DNA from: Neoconidiobolus thromboides FSU 785
Lineage: Eukaryota > Fungi > Entomophthoromycota
Reading direction: 5' to 3'
Assembly: GCA_025603075.1 (NCBI GenBank)
Contig: MU626287.1
Location: 1-64,000 of the forward strand
Length of the DNA: 64,000 nt
Shown here in pieces: positions 12,941 through 26,099 of the stretch. Numbering within the stretch: the stretch's first letter is position 1; the number at the start of each line of letters is the position of its first letter. The notes under the pieces are model-generated. The model made no database searches. It worked only from the letters and a program-made list of their open reading frames with translations, and was not told where the DNA came from. Made by a program: the position numbers and the translations under genes.

Positions 12941-13031
12941 AAAGTTTTTTGGTTTAATCGCTTTTTCCATTTTTTAAGCACTATTAGCGAAAACATTGTT
13001 AGTGAAATTTTTGAACAAAAAATATATATCC
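12941..13031 (-). mobile_element. Degenerate MITE copy in tandem with 12839-12936
   Basis: Internal consensus recognisable; separated from the previous copy by a single ATAT, with ATAT also at its far end. Confidence 0.7.
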
Positions 13032-14047
13032 ATATCACTTTTATCATATCATCCAAGCCTAATATTATCTATAAATCTATGGATAATCTATGTAAACTTC
13101 ATAATTTCATTTTGCACTACTTTTAAATCATTAATACTTCTCTTTTTTAAGTCAAGTAATATCCCACCAAAAAAGTATTTAGGTTTTTTAATGACTATCA
13201 AAGTTTAGTTCACACAAATAAATAATAGAGAAAATTCTTTTAATTTATTTATATTAGTTTATCTGATCTATACTTAAGTAGGTCTATTCAAGCCCTTTTT
13301 GTATAGAAGTGCTTATTTATTTGAATGTATTAAGTATTTATTATATTGCTTAAACGATAAAATTGTTCCGATATTTTAATATATGGAGCTTATTTCTAAG
13401 TTTAGTAAATTTAAAAATATAATAATATAAATTAAAATAGCTGAATTCAAGTTGTAAATTATCTCTATTTATAAATATGTAAGTTAACTTCAATTTCTCC
13501 TCAAAGCTGTGGTAACTGATATTTTATAACAATTGACTATCTGTTAGTTTACTATAACTCAGTGAATAAGTTATTGTCTGATATACAGTCTAGATCATAA
13601 TGTTGAAAGCCAAGTTTTTGAGAAAGTGTTATTTTTTTAAAAAACGTGTAATGTCTAAAAAGGTAGATTATGTTTTTATTGATTTCAACGGATGTTTACA
13701 ATACTCAATTATCAGTTAGTTTATTATAGTTTATTAAATGCTTATTTTTAGTCCTTATATAATCTAGATCTTTAAATTGGGAATTAATTATTAAAAAATT
13801 AAGTTCTTTGAGTTCTTTATTGTTATTTGAATTAATTAGATTATTATTGATTTTAATTATTATATGAATATGTTTCAATTGATATTGTATTCGCAATAAC
13901 AAACGTGACAATAAAGAGATTTATTATATTATTTCGATAGATATGGGAATATTATCAATATTTTCTATTAAATTTAAAGATAGACTTTTATTAACGAAAA
14001 TAAAAAATCAGCAGTTAAATGTGTCAAACTTCATATATTATTAATAT

Positions 14048-14145
14048 GAGATTGTTTTTTTAGTTTTATCGCTTTTTCTACTTTTCAAGTGCTATTTGAG
14101 CAGAAAGATTGTTAGTAAAATTCTTAAACAAAAAAATACATCTTC
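14048..14145 (-). mobile_element. ~98-bp MITE copy
   Basis: GAGATTGT...ACATCTTC; ATAT on both flanks. Confidence 0.8.
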
Positions 14146-14544
14146 ATATACTAAAAATAAGAATCTACTTTCAGCTAAGAATATTAAAACCTATCAGTTA
14201 TAAAATAAATAAGTTTAAAACTTGTCAGTTTACTATAAACCTTAGATCATAAATCTTTAAATTAATATTTATAACAATAATAATATTTAAAAATAGCAAC
14301 TAAAAAAACAAAATTTTAATTGAACCAATCAATTTCAAAACGATAATAAATGAAATGAATATAAATATTGCTTTATTAGGAAACAACATTAATAACCAAG
14401 TTAGCATCTATTAATTAGATTTTGAATTTAATATTAAATTGATTGTTACTAAAAGATAACTATACCTTTTATATAGATTTAGGTAATTTTTAACTTTAAT
14501 TTCCTTTTATTTTTTATTTATTTATTAATATAATCTATACTCAA

Positions 14545-14581
14545 TATTATTATTATTATTATTATTATTATCGTTATTATC
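14545..14581. repeat. (TAT)n microsatellite
   Basis: About 9 perfect plus a few imperfect units. Confidence 0.85.
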
Positions 14582-14617
14582 AACTAAACCTATAGATTTT
14601 TTGTTAACTTATAATCA

Positions 14618-15580
14618 ATGTTAGTACGTTGGAAGCGCCGAATTAAGATGAGCTTCATACCCCCAAATCCACCAGAGACTTCTGAACAATGGTTTAATTC
14701 CTTACAAAATGGTAAATGTACAAAAATAATGAATAAACGATTAGGCTCTCAATTAGATCAAAACGATGCTGATTTACCTTATAATCGACGAAAAAATCGA
14801 TATTCAAATATATTACCTTATGATTGTAATCGAGTTGCTTTATCCGAATTGAAGAATAGTGATGAACCAACAAATTATATTAATGCTAGCTATATTCAAG
14901 TACCAAACTGTATTCATCGATATATAGCCACTCAAGCACCTTTACCCAATACTATATTAGACTTTTGGCGTATGGTATTTGAAAATAAAAGTCCAATAAT
15001 ATTAGTATTAACTAAAGAATTTGAAGGATTAACAAGAAAATATCATTGTTATTGGCCAATAAATCAAATCGAACCATTCCATTTTGACAATTATGATTTG
15101 ATGGTCGAATTTTTAGAAGAAAAAAAACATCCATTATCTAATGAATTAACAATTGCTTATTTTAAATTATCAGGTTTTCGTCCAGGAGACGATAAAATGG
15201 CTACTCAATATGTAACTCAAATAAGATTTGAAGGTTGGCCTGATTTTGGGGTACCTAATAATCCCAGTATATTAATTACTGTATTAGATGTTTATCATAT
15301 GGAATTAGCTATGCAACAAGAAAAAGCAGAAGAAAATGGAATGGGGCCATCAGTTATTCATTGTAGTGCTGGGGTAGGTAGAACAGGTACTTTTTGTGCT
15401 ATTGATTCTGCCTTGTTTATTTTAAAATCTTGGACACCCGCAAAATCCGATTTAGTAGTTCATATTATTAATGCTTTTAGACAACAAAGGGTTTATATGG
15501 TTCAATCAAAAGCTCAATTTCATTTTATTTATAAGGTACTCAATTATTATGTCCAAACGAGACCAGATGGTTATTATTAA
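14618..15580 (+). CDS. Classical (receptor/non-receptor type) protein tyrosine phosphatase, intronless
   Basis: KNRYSNILPYD, YINASYI, ATQAP, DFWRMV, WPDFGVP, HCSAGVGRTG, QQRVYMVQ; start may be the second Met (14649). Confidence 0.95.
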   Translation: MLVRWKRRIKMSFIPPNPPETSEQWFNSLQNGKCTKIMNKRLGSQLDQNDADLPYNRRKNRYSNILPYDCNRVALSELKNSDEPTNYINASYIQVPNCIHRYIATQAPLPNTILDFWRMVFENKSPIILVLTKEFEGLTRKYHCYWPINQIEPFHFDNYDLMVEFLEEKKHPLSNELTIAYFKLSGFRPGDDKMATQYVTQIRFEGWPDFGVPNNPSILITVLDVYHMELAMQQEKAEENGMGPSVIHCSAGVGRTGTFCAIDSALFILKSWTPAKSDLVVHIINAFRQQRVYMVQSKAQFHFIYKVLNYYVQTRPDGYY

Positions 15581-15639
15581 TTAATAAATTAGTCATTAAA
15601 TTAATATTGATTTTAATAATTTATCTTGTTTTTATTATT

Positions 15640-15688
15640 AATAATAATAAATAATAATAATAAATAATAATAATAAACAATAACAATA
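15640..15688. repeat. Imperfect (AAT)n microsatellite
   Basis: AATAATAATAAATAAT... between convergent 3' ends. Confidence 0.7.
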
Positions 15689-15762
15689 CTTTATTCAATA
15701 TTTATCTATATTTTTTATTAATATATTATATTCTATATTTTTTTTATTAAAAAGAAAATAAA

Positions 15763-18700
15763 TTAAATAACTAATAATTGATCTAAAAATTTGGCCATTA
15801 TTAATATTTTTTCTTTTTCTTGATCATTAAAAGGTAAAGATTGAATTGAATTTGCTTTCATTATAAAATTAAATAAAAAGAATCGAATACCATTCAATAA
15901 CTCTTTCAACTCTTTGATTTTACTTATTTGTACTGCTAAATCTTCATCATTACTTACAAGTAACATGTTACATAATATAATTTGTAATAATAATCTAGTT
16001 CTTGATTTTAAAGTAGTAAAATTAAGGGTCTAAAAAATGAATTTATATAAATATACAATAATTACTATAAAATTATTTAAATTACTTTCAATACTGTTAA
16101 ATAAACGGAATTTTTGCCCATCATTTCACCATAAAGTTTACCTAAATTAAGGATTTTACGTACAGGTACATTTTTACTTTCATTTTGAATTTTAGTATCA
16201 AACCCGCCAATATTACTTTCTCCTAATTCTCGGAATAAATCCCAAAGAGCATATTGAAATGTGATTTTGAAACTAGTTTTATACATATTAAATTTAATAC
16301 ATAATAATGTATAATATGGATTATATATTTTTTCCTATTAATATGTTAATAATAATAACACTTAAATAATTAATACTTACATTTCCACAACAATTTAGTA
16401 ATACTCTAGGTATATCTCGCATTTGTTTTTCACTTAAATTTAATTTCAATAATTTTTCATAAGCATCGATATAATCTTCGGATCCCATAATTGTCGTAAA
16501 GATTTGTTTACGTAAATCAGTATTCATTCCTTGTTCTCTTGCTAAATTTAAAAGAGATGCTTGATTTTCTTTTATTATATCATTATCCATTTCATTTTCT
16601 TTTTTAGTCATTTGATTTTCTTCTCCATACATATTATCTTTCCATGCTGAACCCACAAGCCACCATTTACCTATTTAAAATTTTAATTTAATAATACATA
16701 TATACGCAATTTATACTTACCCTTTACAGAAGTTTGTTTAATATCCTCTAAAGAAACTCTTAAAGGTTCTGTATGACCAACTAAAAAAATGAATAAATAA
16801 TATTTATATAGAAATAAAAAAATCTTACCGTATTTTTTCTTTTTAATATTCTTTAAAAACAATTTCATTTTTTTAATAAATTCTTCATTTGTTATATTTT
16901 GTTGATTTAGTAGATTTTTTTTAACTTTGTTATTTTTAATATTGGTTAATACTTCCATCATGAATTTCATTCGACTACTAATTTTAGTTTCTTTTTGCAT
17001 TTCTTTTTGGGCTATTAAAATTATATCTTTCATTGCTGTTGGATCATCATTTCTTAATGTAGAACCAATAGCTATTTATATTATTATTATCATTATTATT
17101 ATGTATATATGTTATAATTTACCTCTTATAATTTTAAGTAAAAGTTCGACATTAACTGAATTAAGTCGCTTTAAGAACATTTTAATTAAATCATAAATTA
17201 AAACACATGAAATAACTTCCAAGTTATATAATTCAGAAATTAAAGTAATTAAATTAAGACTGATTTTAACATCACTATGCTCATCTGTATCAATTTCATT
17301 ACTATCATTATCCTTAATTAATTTTAATCCGTTTTCATAATGTTTAATAAATTTTTCAATTAATGTTTGTGTAAAATGAGCAGCTAAATTTTTTTTAGAA
17401 TTAGAGTTTGAGTGGATTAAATCATTGAAATTACCTAGTTCAACCCCAACAAGTTGATACAATGATGCAATAATTGTACTATGAAGGATAACAAAAGTAT
17501 CCAACAAAGTAGCTTTATCTGAAATAAGATCTAGTATAATATCCGTAATAGTACTTGTTACACCTTAAAAACAATAAAAACAATTAATAAATAATAAATA
17601 AATTTGATTTAGTTTCAAAACTTACTATTTCTACTATTAGTTTGATATAATGCTTCGATTTCAAATAAAATAGATTCAATATTATTTTCACTTAATCTAT
17701 TAATTAATTAATTAATCTACTATTATTTCATATTTAAATAACATTACTTATTGATTAATCCACGCATAATTCTTTGAAGTTTTTCAAGTTTATCATCTTT
17801 GTTTCTCAAATGAGGTGGTATATATTTGGTGACTATGTATTTTTTTAATCTTATTATTTTTCTAACTTAACCCGTTTATTACCTTCAGTTTTTATTTCTT
17901 TTACTTCAGGTTTGACCTCTTCTTCTTCTTCCTCATCATCTAAATCTTCTTCATCTAAATCATCCTTGTCTTCATCATCCTCGTCTTCATCATCCTCATC
18001 TATATCTTCATCATCCCCATTTATATCTTCATCAGTCTCACTTCCTTCCTCTTTCGCTTCAACTTTTGGTGCTCTAGTTGAATAATAATAAGAATTTTCA
18101 AACTCCAACTAAAATAGAAAAGAAAGTTAAAATTGAATAATTATAATTATAAAACAAATCCTACCTTTTCACCATCACTTTCACTATTACTATTAGTAAC
18201 TGTGTCACCAACCAATTTACTAGAACCCCACTTTAAGTCCAATCCATTTAACAAATCTTAGATAAACTATTTAACAACCACAATTAACTTTAAAATATTA
18301 ATAATTTACCATCAAATCCATCCTCTATAAAAGCCGAGTTCTTTAATATGTTATCTTTCTTTTTAATTTTTAGCTTCTTTTCCAATGCTCTCATATATTT
18401 CTCTTCTTCTTCTTCTGCTTTACTTAACTTTTTCATATTTTCATTGACTCGTTTGACTTCTATTTCTTCTTCACTACTTTCTTCTTCTTCTTCTTCTTCT
18501 TCTTCCTCGCTTTCAGCATCAATGATATCGTCCTTAATATTACCCTTAAACTTTTTGTTTTTTGAAATATTTGTTTGTTGTAACTTCTTTTTACCCCCTT
18601 TCCTCTTTTCTTTTCTAAGTTGTTTTCTTTTCAAACTATTGTTAACAAATCTTTTATTAAAGTTCCTTTCATCTAATAATGTAAAAAACCCAATCAGTCC

Positions 18701-18913
18701 ACTAACTTAAGCTTCAATAAAATTACAAACCAACTTACCTTTCTCTACAGGCTCTTCGATCCCTTTTTTGTTCTTTGGATTTTTATTTTTACCTTTTGTC
18801 TCCACTATTGGTTGTTGTTTCTGTAAAACAAGCTCATCCAATAGTTTTTTAGGCATATCCGTTGTCTTCCTCTTCCCCTTTTCTAAAATCCTTTTCTTCG
18901 CTCTATATACCAT
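15763..18913 (-). CDS. SGD1/NOM1: Nucleolar MIF4G + MA3 domain protein (Sgd1/NOM1), multi-exon
   Basis: Basic/acidic N-terminus; INRLSENNIESI (MIF4G start); NTDLRKQIFTTIMGSEDYIDAYEKLLKL (MA3); several GT-AG introns. Confidence 0.85.
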
Positions 18914-19368
18914 GGTTTGAAATTTTGTTCAAATTTAAATAAAAAGATTAGAATAATAGATTTATTGCTTTTTTAATATTTCCAACCAAATTTCAAAATT
19001 TGGCAAAGGATTAGCAATTTTTGCAAGGGAAGTTTGCACTGCCTTAATTTGGTATATTTTTTTATTATGAATTAGAATTTTAGAATGAAATAAGTCGTTT
19101 GTTACTGATATTGATAATCGATAGCTTAGGAGGTTATTGAATTCTTAGGTTATATTATTCCAAACTCAAAGTAGATTATATATTTTAGTATTTTATTATA
19201 ATATCTGGAAAAAATTATCTGATAAAATAGATATTAGGAAACCAGAACTTTAACATTTGTAATTTTCATTATTTTAATTTAATATACTAATATTTATAAA
19301 AGTAAAAATAAGCTATAATGTTCTTGATTTTTATTATTGATAAAAAAATATTTGAATCACATTAAACC

Positions 19369-20182
19369 TTAATTTTTAATCCATTCAGTTGGAAAGTTAA
19401 TTTGTTCCTTAGAGAGACGACGGTGAGAAGAATTAGGTTTGAAAGTAGGCAATGGGATATCTAAAAATTTATCTTCACCTTCCTAAATAAAAAATTAATC
19501 CTAATGCCTAAAAAAACATGAAAAAATCCTATTACTTTAACTTCTTTGATAATTCGGTTCCAAAGTTGAATCAAGTTCAATTTATTTTCTAAAAAGGTAG
19601 GGTATTTCTTTGAAGAAAATCGAAGTTGATTAGATTCTTGAAAATAGTGTTGAGAACAAATAAGTAATAACTTATGCATTTCTTCTTCATTAAATATTTT
19701 AGCTCCTTTTAATTTCTCCATATCAATAACCATAATACTTTTAATATCTAATGGATGTTCTTCACCCAAATGTTCAATTCTACTAAATTGTATATATTGC
19801 TGTGAAGCAGGTGGTGTAAAATCTTTTCTTAAATCTATTGAATTTAGTTTATGTTATTTAAATAATTAATTGATCGATCCTTACCTTTAAGTTTAGGTAA
19901 TTCAAATTTAGCTTTCCTTAAATAGTGACGCACATAACGAATTTGGCGAATAAATCGATGGGCTGGTGTTGTATGATCATTAAAATTAAACTCAAACTCC
20001 CTGCCATCTCTTTCCCAATCTACATCTATAGAATTACTTTGATTTTGTTTGTCACTTGAACGTGCTAATAGTGGGTTCGAGGTGGTAATGGAACATTTTG
20101 GTAAGTAAGTTAATGAAGTTGTATTCTTTAATATTAAGTTAGTATTTAACTTGACTCCTATCTTATAACTGTTTTTGAACAT
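19369..20182 (-). CDS. RSM24: Mitochondrial small-subunit ribosomal protein mS35 (Rsm24), 3 exons
   Basis: Presequence-like N-terminus; FTPP...LGEEHP; LLLICS; C-terminal FLDIPL...FPTEW. Confidence 0.75.
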
Positions 20183-20931
20183 TTTTTTGTCTATTTTTAA
20201 TTTAAAACAAAAGCTTCCCTTTTTTCTTGAATGCTACTTAAATTATGGGATTTATTTGCAGTACAAGTTGAAAGTTGCTAAAATCGAATGAGATTTTAAC
20301 TCTATTAAATTGGGAATTAATATTTCAAAAATATAAATATAAGCGCCAAAGACAAAGTTTCTCTAAAAAAAATTAAACCCTTATGAGCGAGTGGTTTATT
20401 AAACTAAAACAAATTTACGAATTAGATAGAAAGGCCATCTGACAAGGGCTTAACGTCTGAGGCGCTATTCCTCAACCTTTTGATCCCCCAGAATGGCCTT
20501 AAAATTAGAATATTTAATTAATTTTATTGCGGCTTATTAAATGACATATCCAAAATATGATTTGATTCACTTGTTTATTTTAATTACTTCTATCAATCTA
20601 TTTATATTCTAATAGAACAAAACAATAAATTAAATAGTAGCTATTGATCTCAATAAGACAAATGTCAGAGCTTTGGTAGTGATTATTAATGTTCAAAGAA
20701 ATTAAAGCTCAGTACCCTAAAGAGCCCAACTAATTGGGCAAGTGCAGTCTAAAATTGGTGCCATAATATTGACAGTTAAAATCTTCAGCTAAATTTGGGA
20801 TGGTAATTAATGTAAAGTAAACAGTTAGAAAATTAAAACAAATCAAATTCCTTAAATTTAAAATAAACTACAATAAATAATGAAATTTTCCTTAAACTAA
20901 TATTGATTTTTTTAAAACACTACAATAAAAG

Positions 20932-21677
20932 ATGGGATGTATGCAATCTAGACCTGAAGGAGCTGATGGAAGAAACGAATCTACTAGAGGAGATAGTAAC
21001 AATGGTAATTCTAATAGCTAAAAAATTAAAAAGATTTAATAATAACACAAAGATCAGAATCCACTTTAAAAGAGTTTAAAAACTATAAATGGACTTCCGA
21101 AAAGCTAATGACCTTAGAAGATGTACAAAAAGAACGACAAATATTTTGGGAAACAGAACCAAGCTATTATGGTAAAAAAGAAGTATGGGATGCTATTAAA
21201 AAGATTTGTGAATCAAAAGACTTGATGGAAGCTCAAAAGATGGCCATTTCCGTTCCTTTGAAATTTCATACTGGGCATATTAAGGATGGTTGCTACGATA
21301 ACTCTGGTATATTTTATCAGATCCCATCTTATTGCTTTGCTTTACCAGAAAATTTAGTTTCTAACGAAGTTAAAAAGCAAAATGAAACTAAATTGACCGA
21401 AATTGACGGTGGTAGTCAATTAAGTGAGGCAACAGACCTTACGATTCGTATACGACTGACTACAGCTGAGGACATCAATTTAAATGTGGCTATCAATGAT
21501 ACACTGAATAATGTATTACAACGATTATCTTTGGTTAAAGGGTGGGGCAAAGATGAACAACCTTTACCTAAAGTTCGATTTATTTATTTAGGTAAAATAC
21601 TTTCACTTAGCTCTACTTTAAGCCAACTTAAAATTACTAATGATGCGGTGGTCCAAGCTCAGGTTACTTTTAATTAA
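20932..21677 (+). CDS. Ubiquitin domain-containing protein (UBTD1/2, DC-UbP-like)
   Basis: MGC myristoylation-type start, one short intron, ER..FWET.P.Y.G..EVW, GCYDNSG..YQIP.YC, C-terminal ubiquitin-like domain (RFIYLGK). Confidence 0.85.
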
Positions 21678-22261
21678 TTCTTCCCTTTTCCTTTACTTTT
21701 AAATTATAATATATACCATATATTATAGATAAACTATTTAATTTAATCCATTTTTATCCGTTTAATTAAAAGTTACCTATAGCATCATTCCATCTTTCAT
21801 CATCAATATTTCACATAGTCTTTTGAATCTCTTATTTTTATTCTTTAACCATACTTTATAACAATAATAGTTTTGAACCATTTTTATTAAGTATAAATTA
21901 TAATTTAATATTTAGTTCTCATTAAATTCTAAAGTTAAAATATGCAATATCTACGTCTGCTTGACACCTTGGCATATATCATAGTGTTACATAATAAATG
22001 AAATTAAGGACAAGATATTTTATGAATTTGAATTACAACATTATTTATACTGATAAACTAAATTTTTATAGACTGTAGAATAATTAGAAAATAAAGCAAA
22101 CACACTATGTATACATACATTAAACACTACATTTTATTTATTAATGATAATAGCTACTCCAGAACGACATATAAACTCTAAAAAAGATAAAATTAGTTTA
22201 AGTTCTTTAATTGGGCTTAAAGGAATAATCAAGAATCAGATATAAAAGAAGATTCCAAAAT

Positions 22262-22323
22262 GTTTCTCAGCAAAGATTTAAAATCTTATTCTGTTGTCCC
22301 TATTTTGTTATTCATCATTTTAT
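22262..22323 (-). ncRNA. Candidate box C/D snoRNA (snR64/SNORD74-like guide for an LSU rRNA Cm)
   Basis: Box C ATGATGA (22318-22312), guide ATAGGGACA followed by D'-like CAGA, box D CTGA (22270-22267); lies inside a GTAAGT...TAAG intron 22355-22216. Confidence 0.55.
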
Positions 22324-22449
22324 CTTTATATTATTAGTATAAATCTTTTACTTACCTTAAATAATTAAAACTAATTTATTCAAGTTCAATAGTTTGCTTT
22401 TTATAGTTTTTGAAAATGATGTCTGGTTTTATTGGCTGGAAGTCAATCT

Positions 22450-22473
22450 AAAAAATTTTCATGAAAATTTTTT
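22450..22473. promoter_or_regulatory. Perfect 24-bp palindrome made of two RRPE-like TGAAAATTTT motifs
   Basis: AAAAAATTTTCATGAAAATTTTTT, about 95 bp upstream of the donor site of the putative snoRNA host transcript. Confidence 0.45.
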
Positions 22474-22669
22474 CCGAGTTGCTAAAAGTGAAATTAACTT
22501 TAAGTTGAAATTTTATCTTTGAATCAAATTTTCAACATTCAAAATCAACAACTTATTAAATTTAAAAATAAAATCCATCATCAATAATAGTCATTTTATT
22601 TTATTTTATTTTATTTTATCACCTTAATAAAGATTAGGTATCAATGTTTCTTGAACATTATTAAAACTA

Positions 22670-24652
22670 TTATAGCAGCTTATCATTCTCCTTTACAATA
22701 ACCTCCATTGGTTTTGTAGGTGAAGTGACTACGTAAAATTTAGATTTGAGAGTAAGTTTAGGGTCATTTAAATAAAAATCAAAGTTTCGAACTAAATTGG
22801 CTGTAGCTAAATATAATTCCATCCATGCCAAACTAATTAGGAATAGAAATATTAATATCAGCATAAATATGTATATTATACTTACGTTCTACCAACACAT
22901 CCTCTTGGTCCTATTAAGAAAGGCATAAAATTAGGATCTGATCGAAATTTGCCATCTCCTGTTATCCATCGCTCTGGATTAAATTTATCTGGCTCTTCCC
23001 ATAGAGTTGATAAATTATGTAAGGCGTTAAGATTGACACCAACAATTGTCTTATTATTATTATTTAGTATATCTCTATAGTTAATATAATGCTTAAACTA
23101 CCTCCTCTTCAATAAAGTAACCATCAATGACTTTACCGCCTTTAGGTGTGATTCTCATTGGGTTTCCAGAAACCACAGGCATAAATCGTAGTCCTTCATG
23201 TAAAACAGCACTCAAATAAGCACACTCGTTTTTGAGCTTAGTATAAGCAATGCTATTTTTATCTGGGAATACTGTTATCAATTCTTGTTTCAATTTTCTG
23301 TAAATTGCTGGGTTTTTCATTAAATTATAAAATATCCTAGAATTTTGTTAATTAGAATTTATTGGTTTTAGCAGTTTAATTTATTTTACCATATTAACGC
23401 ATTAGATCCTGTGTCTGTACCAGCAGCACTATATGAAATTTAATGTACTGTTACAGTGTTGCAAATTAAAATACTTACAGTTGTATAATGGATTCATCTG
23501 CAAGTTCCTTTCTACTTAATTTAGCACCAGTTTCCGGATCAACCGCATCAATGAGATTATTTAAAATGGTATTTCTATCAGCATGCTTTTTGGAATTTTT
23601 AATAGCATCATAAGAGAACTAACAATAATCAGATTAAATTTATACAATAAAATAAAATAAAATTACATTATATAATTGTTTGATACTGTCATATTTAAAA
23701 TGTTTTAAAAATGGAAACAAAAACAACTGTTAATTAATTATTAATTTGAATTATTATAATAAATATAGTAAATTTACCACAATACTAAGGAATAACAAAT
23801 CATGTATCCAATCTATTATTGGGTGATGACCATTTTTTATCATATTAAAAGGTTTGCCATAAACTACTTCGCCTATTACATCCTAAGAAATATTAGTAGA
23901 TGATATAATATAATATAGTATACTTACAAAAGAGAAGCAATGAAAGTAAAGGCATAACTTAAATGCTTCTTTTCTTTCAGCAAAATGTCTCATCTTATTT
24001 TTCAATTGCTCACAGGTATTTTTAACTAAATATTCTAAGTTCAAGATATTTCTCTCGGAAAATCCTACGCTCAAAATCTTCTTCTACGATCATTATTTAA
24101 ATATTTAGTTATATAGTACAAGAATTAATTTACTCTTTTACGATGGAAGTCTTTATCTCTTTAAGAAAATCAGCATTGTATTTACAAAGAGTTTTGATAA
24201 TATTACCTGGTACTAAAGCTTGCTTCTCCAACAATTTGGAATGCAGAATAAAACCCATGCTTTTGAAAATTGTAAGTGGAATAAATATCTTTGGAAGCTG
24301 TTTCGGATGCAAAGGACACCACATTTGAACCTATGTTTAAATGAAGTCAGTATAATATATATTATGCCTTAATGTATATTTACTTAATCGGACTGCCTTT
24401 CCATACTTAGTATGAAGATCGAGCATATGTAAATGGAAGCCTCCCATCAATATGTGGATTTTATATATGTTTGGTATTAAAATATATATCATTGGTCCCG
24501 GTATATTGTGCATTGGACTAAAATATAATTGATAGATTACCTATTAGTGACATAAATGTATGAATTAATTGATAGAATAACAATAAAGTTACATTGTAAG
24601 CCCAGTAAAACAAAAATAAAGATGTTATCGTTAATAAAGTATAGTAAAGCAT
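22670..24652 (-). CDS. Cytochrome P450 monooxygenase, complete, about 11 introns
   Basis: N-terminal TM MLYYTLLTITSLFLFYW; SPMHNIPGP; AAGTDT; EGLR; PERW; FLIGPRGCVG. Confidence 0.92.
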
Positions 24653-25484
24653 TTTAAGTTAAAGATAATTCTCTACCTTATCTTTTTATATATACTTTTT
24701 TTATTATTTATGGAATTATTTAATAATGCATCAAAGATTATATTGAGTTGCCAAAAATCAATAGCGAATGATATCTATTGGAGTCTATTATTTCCTAAAA
24801 CTACGTGCATTTTTATTCCTTATTGGGCATATGTTCACTTATATCCATGAGAAGATAATTGAATTTGCTCAGAACGTTCTATTTTTAAATAAATATACAT
24901 TAAATTATATTAAAGAATAGATGAGCACAAAATGATCAAATAGTACCGATTGCGTTTTTCAATTTACTCTTAAAGGACTATGTTTAAAAGACAAATTAGT
25001 TTATACATCTTATCTTACTATTATATTTTATATTCCAAAATTAACTCAAATATATTATACTTGTACCTCATCTTAATACAACATTATATTTATACTTGTA
25101 CCCTAACTCAATTTAATATGTTCTGATTATAAATGCGGCATTTTTTATTCTTTAGGGAGATAGCTTTAAAAATGAAAATTTACATTTATAAATTTTAATG
25201 ATTTTATGCTTCAAAATAAGTAGGTTACAGGTATTTGTCAAAAAATAAGAGTTTGGAAAACTTTCTGATGAACATTAATTTTCAAAAATATTATTGATTT
25301 TAAACCTTGTCATATTTCAAACTGTCACTTTTATAATAGAAACTAGTTAAAAGTAATTATTTAAACAAGTATTGTAACATAAATAAAAAGTATTTTGTTA
25401 TAAGCCAAAAATTAATCACATAAGATTTATGATGATTGATTATATGCAGCAACCATTCATTATAAAAGATATAAATCAATATAT

Positions 25485-25581
25485 GGAGATGTATTCTTTT
25501 GTTTAAGAATTTTACTAATAACCTTTCCACTTAAATAGCTCTTAAAAAATGGAAAAGTAATGAAATCAAAAAAACGTCCCT
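25485..25581 (+). mobile_element. ~98-bp MITE copy
   Basis: GGAGATGT...ACGTCCCT; flanks ATAT/ATAA. Confidence 0.8.
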
Positions 25582-25931
25582 ATAAATTTTTTTGATTATA
25601 AAATATGCTCTAGCATTGAACTTTTTTATTTTTATCTTTTTTATTTTTATCTTTATTTTTTTACAATATTCAGTTGATATTTAATAAAAATATTAAATTT
25701 TATATTATAATAAATCTCAACTCCTAGCATCACTCGTTAGACTCTATTTAAACTATATCAAAACATGTTGATAAAACTAAACCCTATACATTATAGGGCT
25801 CAGTTTATAAAGAGAAGAATATAAAATAAACAACTCGTGTAAATAACATCAATAATATGTTTGGTTGAATAGAATTCAAAAATTACATATGAAAGTTAAA
25901 TAAAAATAAAGTTGAAAGATAAATAACAATT

Positions 25932-26027
25932 GGGGTTTTTTTTGACTTCATCACTTTTTCTATCTTTTAAGTGCTATTTGAGTGGAAAAATTGTTAGTAA
26001 AATTCTTAAACACAAAAATACAGCCCC
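25932..26027 (-). mobile_element. ~98-bp MITE copy
   Basis: Reverse consensus ending ACAGCCCC; flanks differ (AATT/ATGC). Confidence 0.85.
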
Positions 26028-26099
26028 ATGCAGTTAGAAAAAAGTTATTTGAAATAAAATAATACAGCAATAAGAAACAAAACAGAAATATAAGAAGTT

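Noticed and set aside
12851-13208. Short ORFs 12851-13126 and 12996-13208
   Set aside because: Chance frames running through tandem MITE copies.
21900-21990. Possible second C/D snoRNA on the minus strand
   Set aside because: Box C is degenerate, there is no clear box D, and I could not match the putative guide to rRNA.
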